NCBI GenBank assembly: GCA_037441225.1
Contig: JBBISU010000021.1
Location: 1 to 43,788, forward strand
Origin: Acidobacteriota bacterium
Lineage (GTDB): Bacteria; Acidobacteriota; Thermoanaerobaculia; UBA2201
Direction of reading: 5' to 3'
DNA length: 43,788 nt
Shown here: positions 1 through 9,709 of the stretch, piece after piece
Position numbering within the stretch: position 1 is the stretch's first letter
Layout: the number at the start of each line of letters is the position of its first letter
Made by a program: the position numbers and the translations under genes
Notes under the pieces: generated by a model
Databases searched by the model: none
Seen by the model: only the letters and a program-made list of their open reading frames with translations
Told to the model about the DNA's origin: nothing

Positions 1-76
1 TAATATTTTTATTTTAGATTAAAAAGTTTCAATCTTCCATAGCAATTACAGTAGGACTTTCTAAAATTTTCTGGGC

Positions 77-2956
77 TTAATAAGAGATTTCTCTATTTAT
101 CTTAAAAGTATATCCTTCAGGAAATTTCAGTTCATTTAAATTTATCAAAATTATCTCACCTTTTTCATTTCCAATTGCTAATAGATTTCTTTCTTTTATA
201 TATTTTGAAACAAGACAAATTTTTAAATCAGTGTTTATTAATTTTTTTACAGAAATTTCCATATTTTTTCTTTCAATTGATATTAAATAAACATAATTAT
301 TTCCTGCTGCTATAATGCTGCTTTCATCAAACAAATCTATCCAGTAAATCCCACTATTTTCAAAACCAATGTCAAACAATTTTTTTTCATCTATAAAATA
401 TAAGTAAAGGTTAAATGGCTCTACACCACATAAAAAAAGAACTCTATGGGATGGAAGGTAAGACATTGAATATATCGCTCTTGTTTTTATATTATAATTT
501 TCCATCATTTCCCAGTTTGAATTTTTTTTCTCAAAGAATAAGAATCTATAATCCCAAGTTCCAACCCCTATTTTTTCTTCTCTTTCATCAACCCAAATTG
601 CTGCGTTTGAATAATCTCCCGTTTTAATTGATTCCAAAACTTTAAGACCTGGAAAAGATAAAATTTTTAAAAAGCCATCTGAAGAAGAAGACCATAAATT
701 TTTTGTATTTTTATTAAAATATAGATAATTTATAAGCCAGTTGTGTGCTTCTGTTCTATAAGAAACTCTCATTTCAGGTATTTCCCACACAGCAATTGTT
801 TTATCATCAGAAGCAGTTATTAAATTGTTGCCCAGAGAAATTATTGAAGTTATTCCTTGTGTGTGAATTTGGTATTCCTTTTTTTTAGATTTTTGGATGT
901 CAATAGAATACAAAAAACCAAGGGAAGAACCACAAAATAACAGATTGTTTTTATCGTAATAATCAATTCCCCATATCTGTGTTTTTGAAAGATTATATTT
1001 TTTATAAAAGGAAAAGTCTTTATATGCAAGCAAATAAATTAAATTTTCTCTCCTTTCAATTGCTAATAACCCAAATGGAGTAATCTGTGAATAAACAAAA
1101 TCCTTTCCTTCCTCCTGAAACTTTAAAAAATTGTTCTCTTTAAATTTCCAAATGACAATTTTGTCTCCTTTTGCAATTAAGAGAGATGGATAATCTTTAA
1201 TAAACTTTAAAGATCTTGTAATGCCTGCCATAACAATAGAATATTTTTTTCTTCCATCATTTAAATCATAAATATATATTCCATCAAACCACCCTCCAAT
1301 TGCAAAAAGCCCTAACTCCTCAAAAAATTCCATTGCATAAAAATTGCTTATGTCTATTGAGACATTTAATATCTCTTTTCCCAAGCCAATGTTATAAATA
1401 TAAAGCACATCATCTAAAACATAAGAAAGGAATTTGTCTCCTAATTTAAAATCTTTTAATTTTTTGTCTCTTATATCAATTTTATGTATTTCTTTTAATT
1501 TTTTATTTGAAATTTTATATAAATGCAAGCTATTATTATTTATAAAAGCACAGTGTATTAAATCATTTGAAAATTTAATTTCTCCTTCCTTTGATAAATT
1601 TTCTATTAACAATTCTTTTTTTTCTTCAACTTTTTCAGAAATAAAATATTCTTTTAAATATATTTTCCCATTTTTTAAAGAAATGATTCTGCCATCCTCT
1701 GTTCCATCTATCACTTCTTCATTTTCCCTTAAAGATACTTTTACTGGTTCACTCAGTAAACTATTTGAATATAAATATAAATCATTAATTCCCAAAAAAT
1801 ATAAACAATTTTCTTTTGCAGTTAGAAATGAAACTGATTCAGAAGGAATTTTATATTTTCCTATCAAAGAGAATAATTCTTTTTTTTCATGAAAAATGTT
1901 TTTTGAAAAAATATAATAAAATGAAGCAACTAATAAAATAAATAATAGCAAAATTAGATACTTGAAATAATTTCTTTTTTGTTTTTTATGAGTTATTTCA
2001 ATTGTTGGTTTCTCTTCAAACTCTTCAATTTCAGGGATTAAATATTTTTCAAATTCTTCTAAGTCCCCAAAACGGTTTGACGGATCTTTATTTGTTGCTT
2101 TTTTTAATGCCTTTGCAATTTCTGCATTTACTTGTTTAAAACCCAATTTTTCCAGTTCAACATTTTTTGTTGAAATTGAACTCACAATATCACCAAATGT
2201 TTTACCTTCTCTGGCGGGTTTTCCAGTTAACATTTCCAAGACAATCAAAGCCAGTGAATATTGATCTGATTTTGCAGTAATATCATTTCCCATAATTTGT
2301 TCTGGAGATAGATATTGTGGTGTCCCTATAATTGTATCTGTTTTTGTTATTGCCTGTGTCTCATCAGTTGAAAATAAGACCTTTGCAATACCAAAATCAA
2401 GGATTTTTACTATTCTTTGTTCACCAATAGTGCTTATAAATATATTTTCTGGTTTCAAATCTCTGTGTACAATGCCTTTTTTATGAGCAAAGGAAAGCCC
2501 TGATATAATTTGTTTTATAAAATTTTTAAAAACAATTAATGGCAAACCATTTTGATGTTTGTTAATTTCTGTTCTAAGTGACCATCCTTCTAAATATTCC
2601 ATTACAATATATGGAAAACCCCAAGGTGATATATCGTAGTCATAAATTTCAACAATATTTGGGTGTTTTAAAAGGGCCATAACTTCTGCTTCTTTTTTAA
2701 ATCTCTTTAAAAGACTGGATTCTATCTTAGAAGGAGTTAGTATTTTAATTGCAACTGGTTTCTTCAAAGTGCTATGAACACCTTTGAAGACAGCTCCCAT
2801 CCCTCCTTCTCCTATAAATTCTTCTATTTTATATTTTCCAAGTTCTTTTCCAATTAAAAAATTTTCATCTTTTAAAGTCAAACTATTTCCACAAATAGAA
2901 CACTTCTTTTCTTCAATGAATATTTTTTTACAGTCAACACACAGCTTTATTTCCAC
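77..2956 (-). CDS. Hanks-type Ser/Thr protein kinase with N-terminal zinc ribbon, single TM helix and C-terminal WD40-like beta-propeller(s)
   Basis: CVDC...CSIC at the N-terminus; GEGGMGAV, VAIK, HRDLKPEN, DFG and GTPQYLSPE kinase motifs; TM segment YLILLLFILLVASFYYIF; WD-like repeats (HTQGITS...TASDDKTIAVWE, HNWLIN...SSSDGFLKI). GTG start. Confidence 0.92.
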   Translation of the reverse strand: MEIKLCVDCKKIFIEEKKCSICGNSLTLKDENFLIGKELGKYKIEEFIGEGGMGAVFKGVHSTLKKPVAIKILTPSKIESSLLKRFKKEAEVMALLKHPNIVEIYDYDISPWGFPYIVMEYLEGWSLRTEINKHQNGLPLIVFKNFIKQIISGLSFAHKKGIVHRDLKPENIFISTIGEQRIVKILDFGIAKVLFSTDETQAITKTDTIIGTPQYLSPEQIMGNDITAKSDQYSLALIVLEMLTGKPAREGKTFGDIVSSISTKNVELEKLGFKQVNAEIAKALKKATNKDPSNRFGDLEEFEKYLIPEIEEFEEKPTIEITHKKQKRNYFKYLILLLFILLVASFYYIFSKNIFHEKKELFSLIGKYKIPSESVSFLTAKENCLYFLGINDLYLYSNSLLSEPVKVSLRENEEVIDGTEDGRIISLKNGKIYLKEYFISEKVEEKKELLIENLSKEGEIKFSNDLIHCAFINNNSLHLYKISNKKLKEIHKIDIRDKKLKDFKLGDKFLSYVLDDVLYIYNIGLGKEILNVSIDISNFYAMEFFEELGLFAIGGWFDGIYIYDLNDGRKKYSIVMAGITRSLKFIKDYPSLLIAKGDKIVIWKFKENNFLKFQEEGKDFVYSQITPFGLLAIERRENLIYLLAYKDFSFYKKYNLSKTQIWGIDYYDKNNLLFCGSSLGFLYSIDIQKSKKKEYQIHTQGITSIISLGNNLITASDDKTIAVWEIPEMRVSYRTEAHNWLINYLYFNKNTKNLWSSSSDGFLKILSFPGLKVLESIKTGDYSNAAIWVDEREEKIGVGTWDYRFLFFEKKNSNWEMMENYNIKTRAIYSMSYLPSHRVLFLCGVEPFNLYLYFIDEKKLFDIGFENSGIYWIDLFDESSIIAAGNNYVYLISIERKNMEISVKKLINTDLKICLVSKYIKERNLLAIGNEKGEIILINLNELKFPEGYTFKINREISY

Positions 2957-2962
2957 AAAAAT

Positions 2963-2971
2963 AGTATATCA
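2963..2971 (-). promoter_or_regulatory. Extended -10 promoter (TGaTATACT) 6 nt before the GTG of the kinase; probable leaderless transcript
   Basis: Minus strand reads TGA-TATACT-attttt-GTG; no SD. Confidence 0.55.
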
Positions 2972-3378
2972 AAGTAATTATAAAATTTAAAGTTTAGTAG
3001 AAAAATTAAAATGAATTTAAATAGTTTCATTTTTTTTATTTTAAATATGAAAAAAAATTTGAAATTTATAAGTTTTTCATATAACTTGAAAAATCTCAGG
3101 AGTATATCTGGATAATTTTAAAATCCAAAATATAATAAAATTTTAAAAAATAATTGAGAATTATAAATATAAAATAATTTAGAAAAATTTTCTATTGGGA
3201 CTTTAGACATAATTGCTCATTTATAGAAATCCAAAAACATAGTTCTTACTTTTATTACCAGTATAGCAGGTGCTCCATTACATTTTTTTATTTTTTTTGT
3301 AGGTGGAAGCTGTGGTTACCCGCAACATACAGATAATATAATGAAATTTATTTTTTTGTGCCTGATCATTAGTTATTC

Positions 3379-3403
3379 GGGCGGGGACAAGCCCCTCCCC
3401 TAC
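3379..3403 (-). repeat. GTAG-type REP-like hairpin
   Basis: Minus strand GTAG-GGGAGGGG-CTTGT-CCCCGCCC: GTAG tetranucleotide followed by a 7/8-bp GC stem, in very AT-rich intergenic DNA. Confidence 0.65.
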
Positions 3404-3406
3404 AAA

Positions 3407-3476
3407 TTGCCACGATAATTCACACAAAACACGGAAAACGGACACGGACAACGCACTACAGCGCTACTGCTCTATT
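3407..3476 (+). repeat. Dispersed heptamer-containing repeat, copy 1
   Basis: Shares a 29-nt head (23/29 identical), an exact 21-mer GGAAAACGGACACGGACAACG (3433-3453) and an exact 11-mer ACTGCTCTATT (3466-3476) with 36330-36425. Confidence 0.8.
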
Positions 3477-3566
3477 TTATCTCATTTTCAACTTAATTTT
3501 TTAGATTAATAAAAGGTGCAAAATTTACAAGTTTCGCTCTTCATTGATATGGAATTCTACAATAAC

Positions 3567-3616
3567 TTGAAATTTTTAGAAAATAAAGGTATAATAAGTA
3601 AAAAAATTTTAGGAGG
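3567..3616 (+). promoter_or_regulatory. Sigma70-type promoter and SD of the gap operon
   Basis: TTGAAA (3567-3572)-17 bp-TATAAT (3590-3595); AGGAGG at 3611-3616. Confidence 0.75.
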
Positions 3617-3621
3617 TTAGT

Positions 3622-4614
3622 ATGAAAATTGGAATAAATGGTTTTGGAAGAATAGGAAGGGGTTTCTTAAGGGAACTTTTGAAGAGAAACTCCAAAGTAG
3701 AAGTAGTTGCAATAAATGATGTAACTGATGCAAAGACCCTTGCCCATCTCTTTAAGTATGATTCTATCCACAAAAAGTATGAAGGAGAGGTCTCTTATGA
3801 TGATAAAAATATTTATGTGAATGGAAAAAAAATAAAAGTCTTTGCAATTTTAGAGCCTTCTCAAATCCCCTGGGAGGGGGAAGGAATTGAAGTTGTCTTG
3901 GAATCAACAGGAAAATTTGCAAAGGCAGAAGAAGCAAAAAAACATTTAAAGGGCTCTGTAAGAAATGTAGTTGTCTCAACAGGATGTAAAGGAGCTGATT
4001 TGATGATTGTTATGGGTTGCAATGATCATCTCTTATCAAAAGAAAAACATATTATAATTTCAAATGCTTCTTGTACAACAAATTGTGCAGCAGTTACAAT
4101 GAAATCAATTATGGATAGATGGCATTTGGTTGAAGGTTATCTTGTAACTGTTCATTCTTATACAAATGATCAAAGAATTTTAGATCTTCCCCATAAGGAT
4201 TTAAGGAGGGCAAGGGCAGCAGCTCTTTCAATTATTCCAACTTCAACTGGTGCTGCAAAAAATCTTTCTGAGATCTGGCCAGAACTTAAAGGTAAAATGA
4301 ATGGAGTTGCCTTAAGGGTTCCTACTCCAAATGTTTCAATTACAAATCTTGTATTAACACTGAAAGAAAATGTTTCAAAGGAAGAAGTAAATCGTGCCTT
4401 TAAAGAGGACTCTGAAGGAAAATTAAAAGGACTTTTGGCTTACACAGAAGAAGAAATTGTCTCCTCTGATTTAAATGGAACAACCGTTTCCGCAACTGTT
4501 GATGGACTTTTAACAGATAAAGTAGGGGAACATACAATTTCTATTTTTTCCTGGTATGACAATGAAACCGGTTATAACAACCGTTTAATTGATGTAGTAG
4601 AGAAACTTATATGA
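3622..4614 (+). CDS. gap: Type I glyceraldehyde-3-phosphate dehydrogenase
   Basis: GINGFGRIGR, catalytic ASCTTNC, RRARAAA, WYDNE. Confidence 0.97.
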   Translation: MKIGINGFGRIGRGFLRELLKRNSKVEVVAINDVTDAKTLAHLFKYDSIHKKYEGEVSYDDKNIYVNGKKIKVFAILEPSQIPWEGEGIEVVLESTGKFAKAEEAKKHLKGSVRNVVVSTGCKGADLMIVMGCNDHLLSKEKHIIISNASCTTNCAAVTMKSIMDRWHLVEGYLVTVHSYTNDQRILDLPHKDLRRARAAALSIIPTSTGAAKNLSEIWPELKGKMNGVALRVPTPNVSITNLVLTLKENVSKEEVNRAFKEDSEGKLKGLLAYTEEEIVSSDLNGTTVSATVDGLLTDKVGEHTISIFSWYDNETGYNNRLIDVVEKLI

Positions 4615-5786
4615 AACTAAAGAATATTAGAGATTTAAACTTTAAAGGCAAAAGGGTATTTTTAAGGGCTGATTTAAATGTGCCTATAAAGGAAGGAAAA
4701 ATAAAAGATGATACAAGGATAAGAGCCCTCCTCCCAACTTTAAATTATATAATTGAAAGTGGTGGAAAGCCAATAATTGCTTCGCACTTAGGAAGGCCTA
4801 AGGAAAAAGATCCTTCTTTATCTTTAAAACCTGTGGCAGAACACTTAGAAAAATTAACAGGAAGAAAAGTTCACTTTCCTGGTGAAGTTATTGGTGAAAG
4901 GATTGAAAATTTAATTAAAGATATAAAGGAAGGGGAGATTTTGCTTCTTGAAAATACAAGGTATGAAAAGGGAGAAAAAACACAGGATCCAGAATTTTTA
5001 AAGAAGTTAAGAGCACTTGCAGATGTTTATGTAAATGATGCTTTTGGAACTGCCCATAGAGCAGAAGCAACAACTTATGGAGTTGCACTGCTTTTTGAGG
5101 AAAGAGCTTGTGGATTTTTAATTGAAAAAGAAGTTGAGATGCTATCAAAATTAAAGGAAAACCCCGAAAGACCTTATATTTCAATCCTTGGAGGAGCAAA
5201 AATTTCAGATAAATTAGAGGTTTTGGAAGCACTCATTGAAAAGGCAGATATGCTTTTAATCGGTGGTGGTATGGCAAATACTTTTGCAAAGGCAAAGGGT
5301 TTGGAAATTGGCAAGTCCTTATATGAAGTAGAAATGGTAGAAAAGGCAACGGAAATTATGGAAAAAGCAAAAAATTTAGGGAAAAAAATAATTTTGCCAG
5401 AGGATTTCATAATTTCAAAGGAAAAACCGCCTGTGGAAGTAAAGGAAGTTTTAAAGGATGGTGTCTTAGAAGAATACTATATTGGAGATATTGGAAGCAA
5501 AACCCTTGAAATTTTTTCAAAAGAGCTTGAAAAGGGCAAGACAATTTTTTGGAATGGTCCTTTGGGGATATTTGAAGAGGAAAAATTTTCAAAAGGTACT
5601 TATGGATTGGCAAAAAAATTAGCAGAAATAGATGCCTTTAAATTAGTTGGCGGTGGTGAAAGTGTAATGGCTATTGAAAAAGCAGGTGTTTCTTCAAAAA
5701 TTACACATATTTCAACAGGTGGGGGAGCAAGTTTGGAATTTTTAGGAGGAAAAGAATTGCCTTCCCTTGAGGCATTGAAATTATGA
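4611..5786 (+). CDS. pgk: Phosphoglycerate kinase
   Basis: RADLNVP, SHLGRP, NDAFGTAHR, GGAKISDK, ISTGGGASLE. Confidence 0.98.
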   Translation: MKLKNIRDLNFKGKRVFLRADLNVPIKEGKIKDDTRIRALLPTLNYIIESGGKPIIASHLGRPKEKDPSLSLKPVAEHLEKLTGRKVHFPGEVIGERIENLIKDIKEGEILLLENTRYEKGEKTQDPEFLKKLRALADVYVNDAFGTAHRAEATTYGVALLFEERACGFLIEKEVEMLSKLKENPERPYISILGGAKISDKLEVLEALIEKADMLLIGGGMANTFAKAKGLEIGKSLYEVEMVEKATEIMEKAKNLGKKIILPEDFIISKEKPPVEVKEVLKDGVLEEYYIGDIGSKTLEIFSKELEKGKTIFWNGPLGIFEEEKFSKGTYGLAKKLAEIDAFKLVGGGESVMAIEKAGVSSKITHISTGGGASLEFLGGKELPSLEALKL

Positions 5787-6523
5787 ACCTTCCATTAATT
5801 GCTGCAAACTGGAAAATGAATTTGACTGAAGAAGAGGCAGTTTCTTGGTGTCAAAAGTTTGTATCTGCCCTTCCTTCAAGGGCTCTTCAATATGTCTTGA
5901 TTGCACCGCCCTTTACCATTCTTAAAACTGTTCTGGAATCAGTTGTTTCCACTCCAATAGTTGTAGCAGCTCAAAATTGCCATTGGGAAGAAAAAGGTGC
6001 CTTCACAGGTGAGATCTCTCCAAATCATTTAAAAGATATAAAAATTTGCTGGAGTATAATTGGACATTCTGAAAGAAGACACATCTTTAAAGAAGATCAA
6101 GAGATTGTAAATAAAAGATTGAAAGGGGCAGTTCAAAAGAAATTAAAAGTAATTTATTGCATTGGAGAAAAGTTGGAAGAAAGAAAAGAAAATAAGACAT
6201 TGGAAATTATTAAAAATCAATTAAAAATTTTTGAAGAATTAAAAGATTTTTATAAAAATATAACAATTGCCTATGAACCTGTTTGGGCAATTGGAACTGG
6301 AGTTGTAGCAGAAAAGGAACAAATTGAAGAAGTTCACAAGGAAATAAAAAAGATTTATCCAGAAATCCCAGTACTTTATGGTGGAAGTGTAAATGAAGAA
6401 AATATTGAAGAAATAATGAAAATAAAGGAAGTAGATGGTGCCCTTGTTGGAGGTGCCAGCTTAAATCCAGAAAAATTTTCAAAGATTGTTGAAATATCAT
6501 TAAAAGTGAAAGGAGTTTTATAA
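5783..6523 (+). CDS. tpiA: Triosephosphate isomerase
   Basis: ANWKMN, GHSERR, AYEPVWAIGTG, YGGSV, LVGGASL. Confidence 0.98.
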   Translation: MNLPLIAANWKMNLTEEEAVSWCQKFVSALPSRALQYVLIAPPFTILKTVLESVVSTPIVVAAQNCHWEEKGAFTGEISPNHLKDIKICWSIIGHSERRHIFKEDQEIVNKRLKGAVQKKLKVIYCIGEKLEERKENKTLEIIKNQLKIFEELKDFYKNITIAYEPVWAIGTGVVAEKEQIEEVHKEIKKIYPEIPVLYGGSVNEENIEEIMKIKEVDGALVGGASLNPEKFSKIVEISLKVKGVL

Positions 6524-6859
6524 ATGTTTGGATTAATTATTGCTATTCACATCATTGCTTGTATTTTCTTGATTTTGGTTGTTCTTTTGCAACAGGGAAA
6601 AGGCGCAGACCTTGCAGGTGCTTTTGGAGGAGGTGGGAGCCAGACCCTTTTTGGTGCAAGGGGTGCAACAACACTTCTTCACAAACTTACAACAATTGGT
6701 TTTGTTGTTTTCTTAATAACAAGCATCCTTTTGGGGATAGTTCAAAAGAAAAGCACTTCTGGTTCAATTATGGAAAGTGTAAAACAAGAAGAAGTTAAAA
6801 AAGAAAAAGAACAAAAGAAGGAAACAAAGACAGAGCAAACAAAAGAAGAAAAAAAATAA
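6524..6859 (+). CDS. secG: Preprotein translocase subunit SecG
   Basis: Two TMs flanking LLQQGKGADLAGAFGGGGSQTLFG; canonical position after tpiA. Confidence 0.96.
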   Translation: MFGLIIAIHIIACIFLILVVLLQQGKGADLAGAFGGGGSQTLFGARGATTLLHKLTTIGFVVFLITSILLGIVQKKSTSGSIMESVKQEEVKKEKEQKKETKTEQTKEEKK

Positions 6860-6885
6860 AATTAAACTAAATCTTATAATTAGTT

Positions 6886-8484
6886 ATGAATTTTTATTCT
6901 TTTTTGCAAGATAATCCTGTAATACTTTTATCTTTAATAGTTGTAATTGGTTTTGTCATTGGAAGGATAAGAATCTTTGGTTTTTCCTTTGAAACATCAG
7001 CAATTCTTTTAGTAGCAATGTTTTTTGGTCAATACAGGCTTGATTTGCCAGAGGAGTTTCAAACATTGGGTTTAATTTTATTTATTTATTCAATAGGGCT
7101 TCAAGCAGGTCCTTCAATATTTAATATTGGTAAAAAAGAAGGTTTTCAGTTGAATTTAATTGTTCTGATATTAATCTCTTTTAGTGCTTTGTTTACTACA
7201 ATTCTTGCAAGATTGTTTTCTCTCGATATGGCATTGGCAATAGGGCTCTTCACAGGTGCTTTAACTTCAACACCAGGACTTGCAGCTGGGCTTGAAGCAA
7301 CTGGTTCCTCTTTGACTTCTGCTGGCTATGGACTTGCTTATAGTTTTGGTGTAATTGGAGTAATTATTTATATTAGAGTTTTACCCTATATTATCAAAGC
7401 AAATTTAGAAGAAGAAGAAAAGGAACTTACAAAAGAGGAAATTAAAGAAAGAAAAAAAATAATCAGGAAAGAAGTGATAATAACAAATGAGGAATTGGAT
7501 GGAAAGACATTAGGGGACCTAAATTTTTTTAGAACAACAAATACAATAATTTCAAGGATTCTGCATCAGGGAAAAGTCCTTCTTCCAAAAAATGATACAA
7601 CTTTACATTTAGATGATGTAGTCCGAATAGTGGGGGAGGAAAATTTTGTTAAAGCCACAATACCTCTGTTAGGAAAAGAAACAGAAGAAAAATTTCCAGA
7701 TGTATCAAATTTTGAGTCCAATCAGTTTGTTCTTACTAATAAAGAATTTGTAGGGAAAACAATAGGGGACTTAAATTTAAGAGAGCATTACAATGCTAAT
7801 ATAACAAGGGTTAAAAGAGGTGGTTTGGAATTTACAGCATCTTCAAATTTAAAACTTCACTGGGGTGATAAGATTACAGTTGTAGGTGATAGAGAGCATA
7901 TGGAAGATGTGAAAAGATTATTTGGTGATGAGATTAAGAAAATTGAGTATGGAGATATTTTCCCTATTATGATGGGAATCCTTTTTGGAATTTTCATAGG
8001 GCTTATTCCTTTCTCAATAGGAAAGGTTCTCTCTTTTAATTTAGGTGTCTCTGGTGGAGTTTTATTAATGGGTATTCTCTTAAGTAACAGAGGAAAGGTG
8101 GGACCCATTATTTTTCAAGTTCCTGCACCATTGGTTTCTTTTATGCGTGATTTTGGTCTTGTCCTCTTTTTATCTTCAATTGGAATAAAAGCAGGTTCTC
8201 AAATTGGGACAATAATTCAAAAAGAAGGTTTTCAAATAATTCTTTTAAGTATCTTAATTACAATTGTTCCTATGGTTGTAATAACAATTGTGCTTAAAAC
8301 TTTCTTTAAAAAGAAAGTTATTGAAATGCTTGGAATTATAAGTGGGGGAATGACTTCAAGTCCGGGGCTTGCTGTTGCATCAAATATGACAGATTCCCAG
8401 AGGCCTATTATTTTATATGCCACTGTTTATCCTTTTGCTATGATTTTAATGATAATTTGGGCAAAGATAATGGCTCTTCTTTAA
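6886..8484 (+). CDS. AspT/YidE/YbjL-family antiporter with two TrkA_C domains
   Basis: Duplicated TM domains with GALTSTPGL and GGMTSSPGL motifs, separated by two TrkA_C-like domains (GKTLGDL, GKTIGDL). Confidence 0.9.
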   Translation: MNFYSFLQDNPVILLSLIVVIGFVIGRIRIFGFSFETSAILLVAMFFGQYRLDLPEEFQTLGLILFIYSIGLQAGPSIFNIGKKEGFQLNLIVLILISFSALFTTILARLFSLDMALAIGLFTGALTSTPGLAAGLEATGSSLTSAGYGLAYSFGVIGVIIYIRVLPYIIKANLEEEEKELTKEEIKERKKIIRKEVIITNEELDGKTLGDLNFFRTTNTIISRILHQGKVLLPKNDTTLHLDDVVRIVGEENFVKATIPLLGKETEEKFPDVSNFESNQFVLTNKEFVGKTIGDLNLREHYNANITRVKRGGLEFTASSNLKLHWGDKITVVGDREHMEDVKRLFGDEIKKIEYGDIFPIMMGILFGIFIGLIPFSIGKVLSFNLGVSGGVLLMGILLSNRGKVGPIIFQVPAPLVSFMRDFGLVLFLSSIGIKAGSQIGTIIQKEGFQIILLSILITIVPMVVITIVLKTFFKKKVIEMLGIISGGMTSSPGLAVASNMTDSQRPIILYATVYPFAMILMIIWAKIMALL

Positions 8485-9707
8485 TGCTTCATAAATTTTA
8501 TTTAATTGTAATTTCAATTACTTTAATTGGCGTTGCAATTGGAAGGTTTCCAAAACTAAAAATGAACAGGGCAACCATCACACTTGCTGGTTCAACAATT
8601 CTTTTGGGCTTTGGTGCAATTACAACAGATATTGCTTTTAAACTAATTGATTTTAATACAATTGCTCTTCTTTTTTCTATGATGATTTTAAATGCAAATT
8701 TAAAAATTTCTGGATTCTTTTCCATTGTAAATAAATTTATATTAAAATATGCAAAGACACCAAAAAAATTATTGATTCTTATCATTATTTCTTCCGGTTC
8801 CTTATCTGCTATTTTTCTAAATGATACAATTGTTTTGATCTTAACCCCTTTAATTTTATATAGCTTAAAACAATTAAAGATAAATCCAATTCCTTTTGTT
8901 CTGGCTATTCCCTTGTCTTCAAATATTGGTTCAATGGCAACAATTACAGGAAATCCACAAAATATGATTATCGGAATTTCTTCAAAAATTCCTTATGCAA
9001 AATTTTTATTTTACTTGTTTTTTCCATCTTTTTTTGGTTTAATCTTAACTTATTTTCTGCTTTTATTTATTTTTAAGAAGGACTTTGAAAAGGAGAGGTT
9101 TGAAATCATTGAAATTCCAGAAGAAAGGATTTTTAAGCCATTGCTGGTAAAGACACTTATCTCTGTTTTAATTTTACTCATTGGTTTTTTTTCTGGTGCT
9201 AATGTCGTTATGACAGCTCTTTTTTCAATTTCAATCCTCTTAATTACAAGAAGAATAAAGCCAAACAGAGTTTTTTCTGAAATAGATTGGTCTTTGCTTG
9301 TATTTTTTTCCGGGCTTTTTATAATTACAGGAACTTTAAATGAGATTGGTTTTGTGGAAAAAGTTTGGGGTTTTTCAAAAGATTATTTTTTTAAAGGCAT
9401 TGGTTTTTTTTCTTTTTCAACTTTGATTATTTCAAATTTGATATCAAATGTGCCAGCAGTCCTTTTACTAAAACCATTTATACCCTTAATGCCTGAACCA
9501 TTTTTTAAATGGCTTCTCCTTGCAATGGCATCTACCCTTGCCGGCAATCTTACTTTGATTGGATCAGTTGCAAATTTGATAGTAGCAGAAGAAGCAAAAA
9601 AAGAGGGTTGTGAAATAACCTTTTGGACATATTTTAAAGCTGGATTTCCAATTACAATTTTTACTTTAATTTTTGGAATTGTATATTTTAAAATAATAGG
9701 AGGATAG
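8484..9707 (+). CDS. Ion-transporter superfamily (ArsB/CitMHS/YbiR-like) anion permease
   Basis: SAIFLNDT, SNIGSMATITGNPQN, SNLISNVPA, STLAGNLTLIGSVAN. Start moved to ATG 8484 (TAATG coupling). Confidence 0.88.
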   Translation: MLHKFYLIVISITLIGVAIGRFPKLKMNRATITLAGSTILLGFGAITTDIAFKLIDFNTIALLFSMMILNANLKISGFFSIVNKFILKYAKTPKKLLILIIISSGSLSAIFLNDTIVLILTPLILYSLKQLKINPIPFVLAIPLSSNIGSMATITGNPQNMIIGISSKIPYAKFLFYLFFPSFFGLILTYFLLLFIFKKDFEKERFEIIEIPEERIFKPLLVKTLISVLILLIGFFSGANVVMTALFSISILLITRRIKPNRVFSEIDWSLLVFFSGLFIITGTLNEIGFVEKVWGFSKDYFFKGIGFFSFSTLIISNLISNVPAVLLLKPFIPLMPEPFFKWLLLAMASTLAGNLTLIGSVANLIVAEEAKKEGCEITFWTYFKAGFPITIFTLIFGIVYFKIIGG

Positions 9708-9709
9708 AA

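Noticed and set aside
1434-1892. This and the other short ORF-track entries antisense to or nested in long genes (e.g. 4915-5232, 9383-9715, 16971-17330, 33842-34240, 37586-37939, 38807-39097)
   Set aside because: Shadow ORFs with F/L/S/I-rich composition expected from the reverse complement of A-rich genes; no motifs.
2990-3290. Decayed gene in the kinase-gap intergenic region
   Set aside because: Short open stretches exist on the minus strand but carry no recognisable motif.
3622-4614. Erythrose-4-phosphate dehydrogenase (Epd) instead of GAPDH, prompted by STG replacing the usual SAP
   Set aside because: It has HSYTNDQ and RRARAA of phosphorylating GAPDH and sits in the gap-pgk-tpi operon.
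6860-6885. tRNA-Leu often found after secG
   Set aside because: Only 26 bp of AT-rich spacer; no cloverleaf here or in any other intergenic gap.
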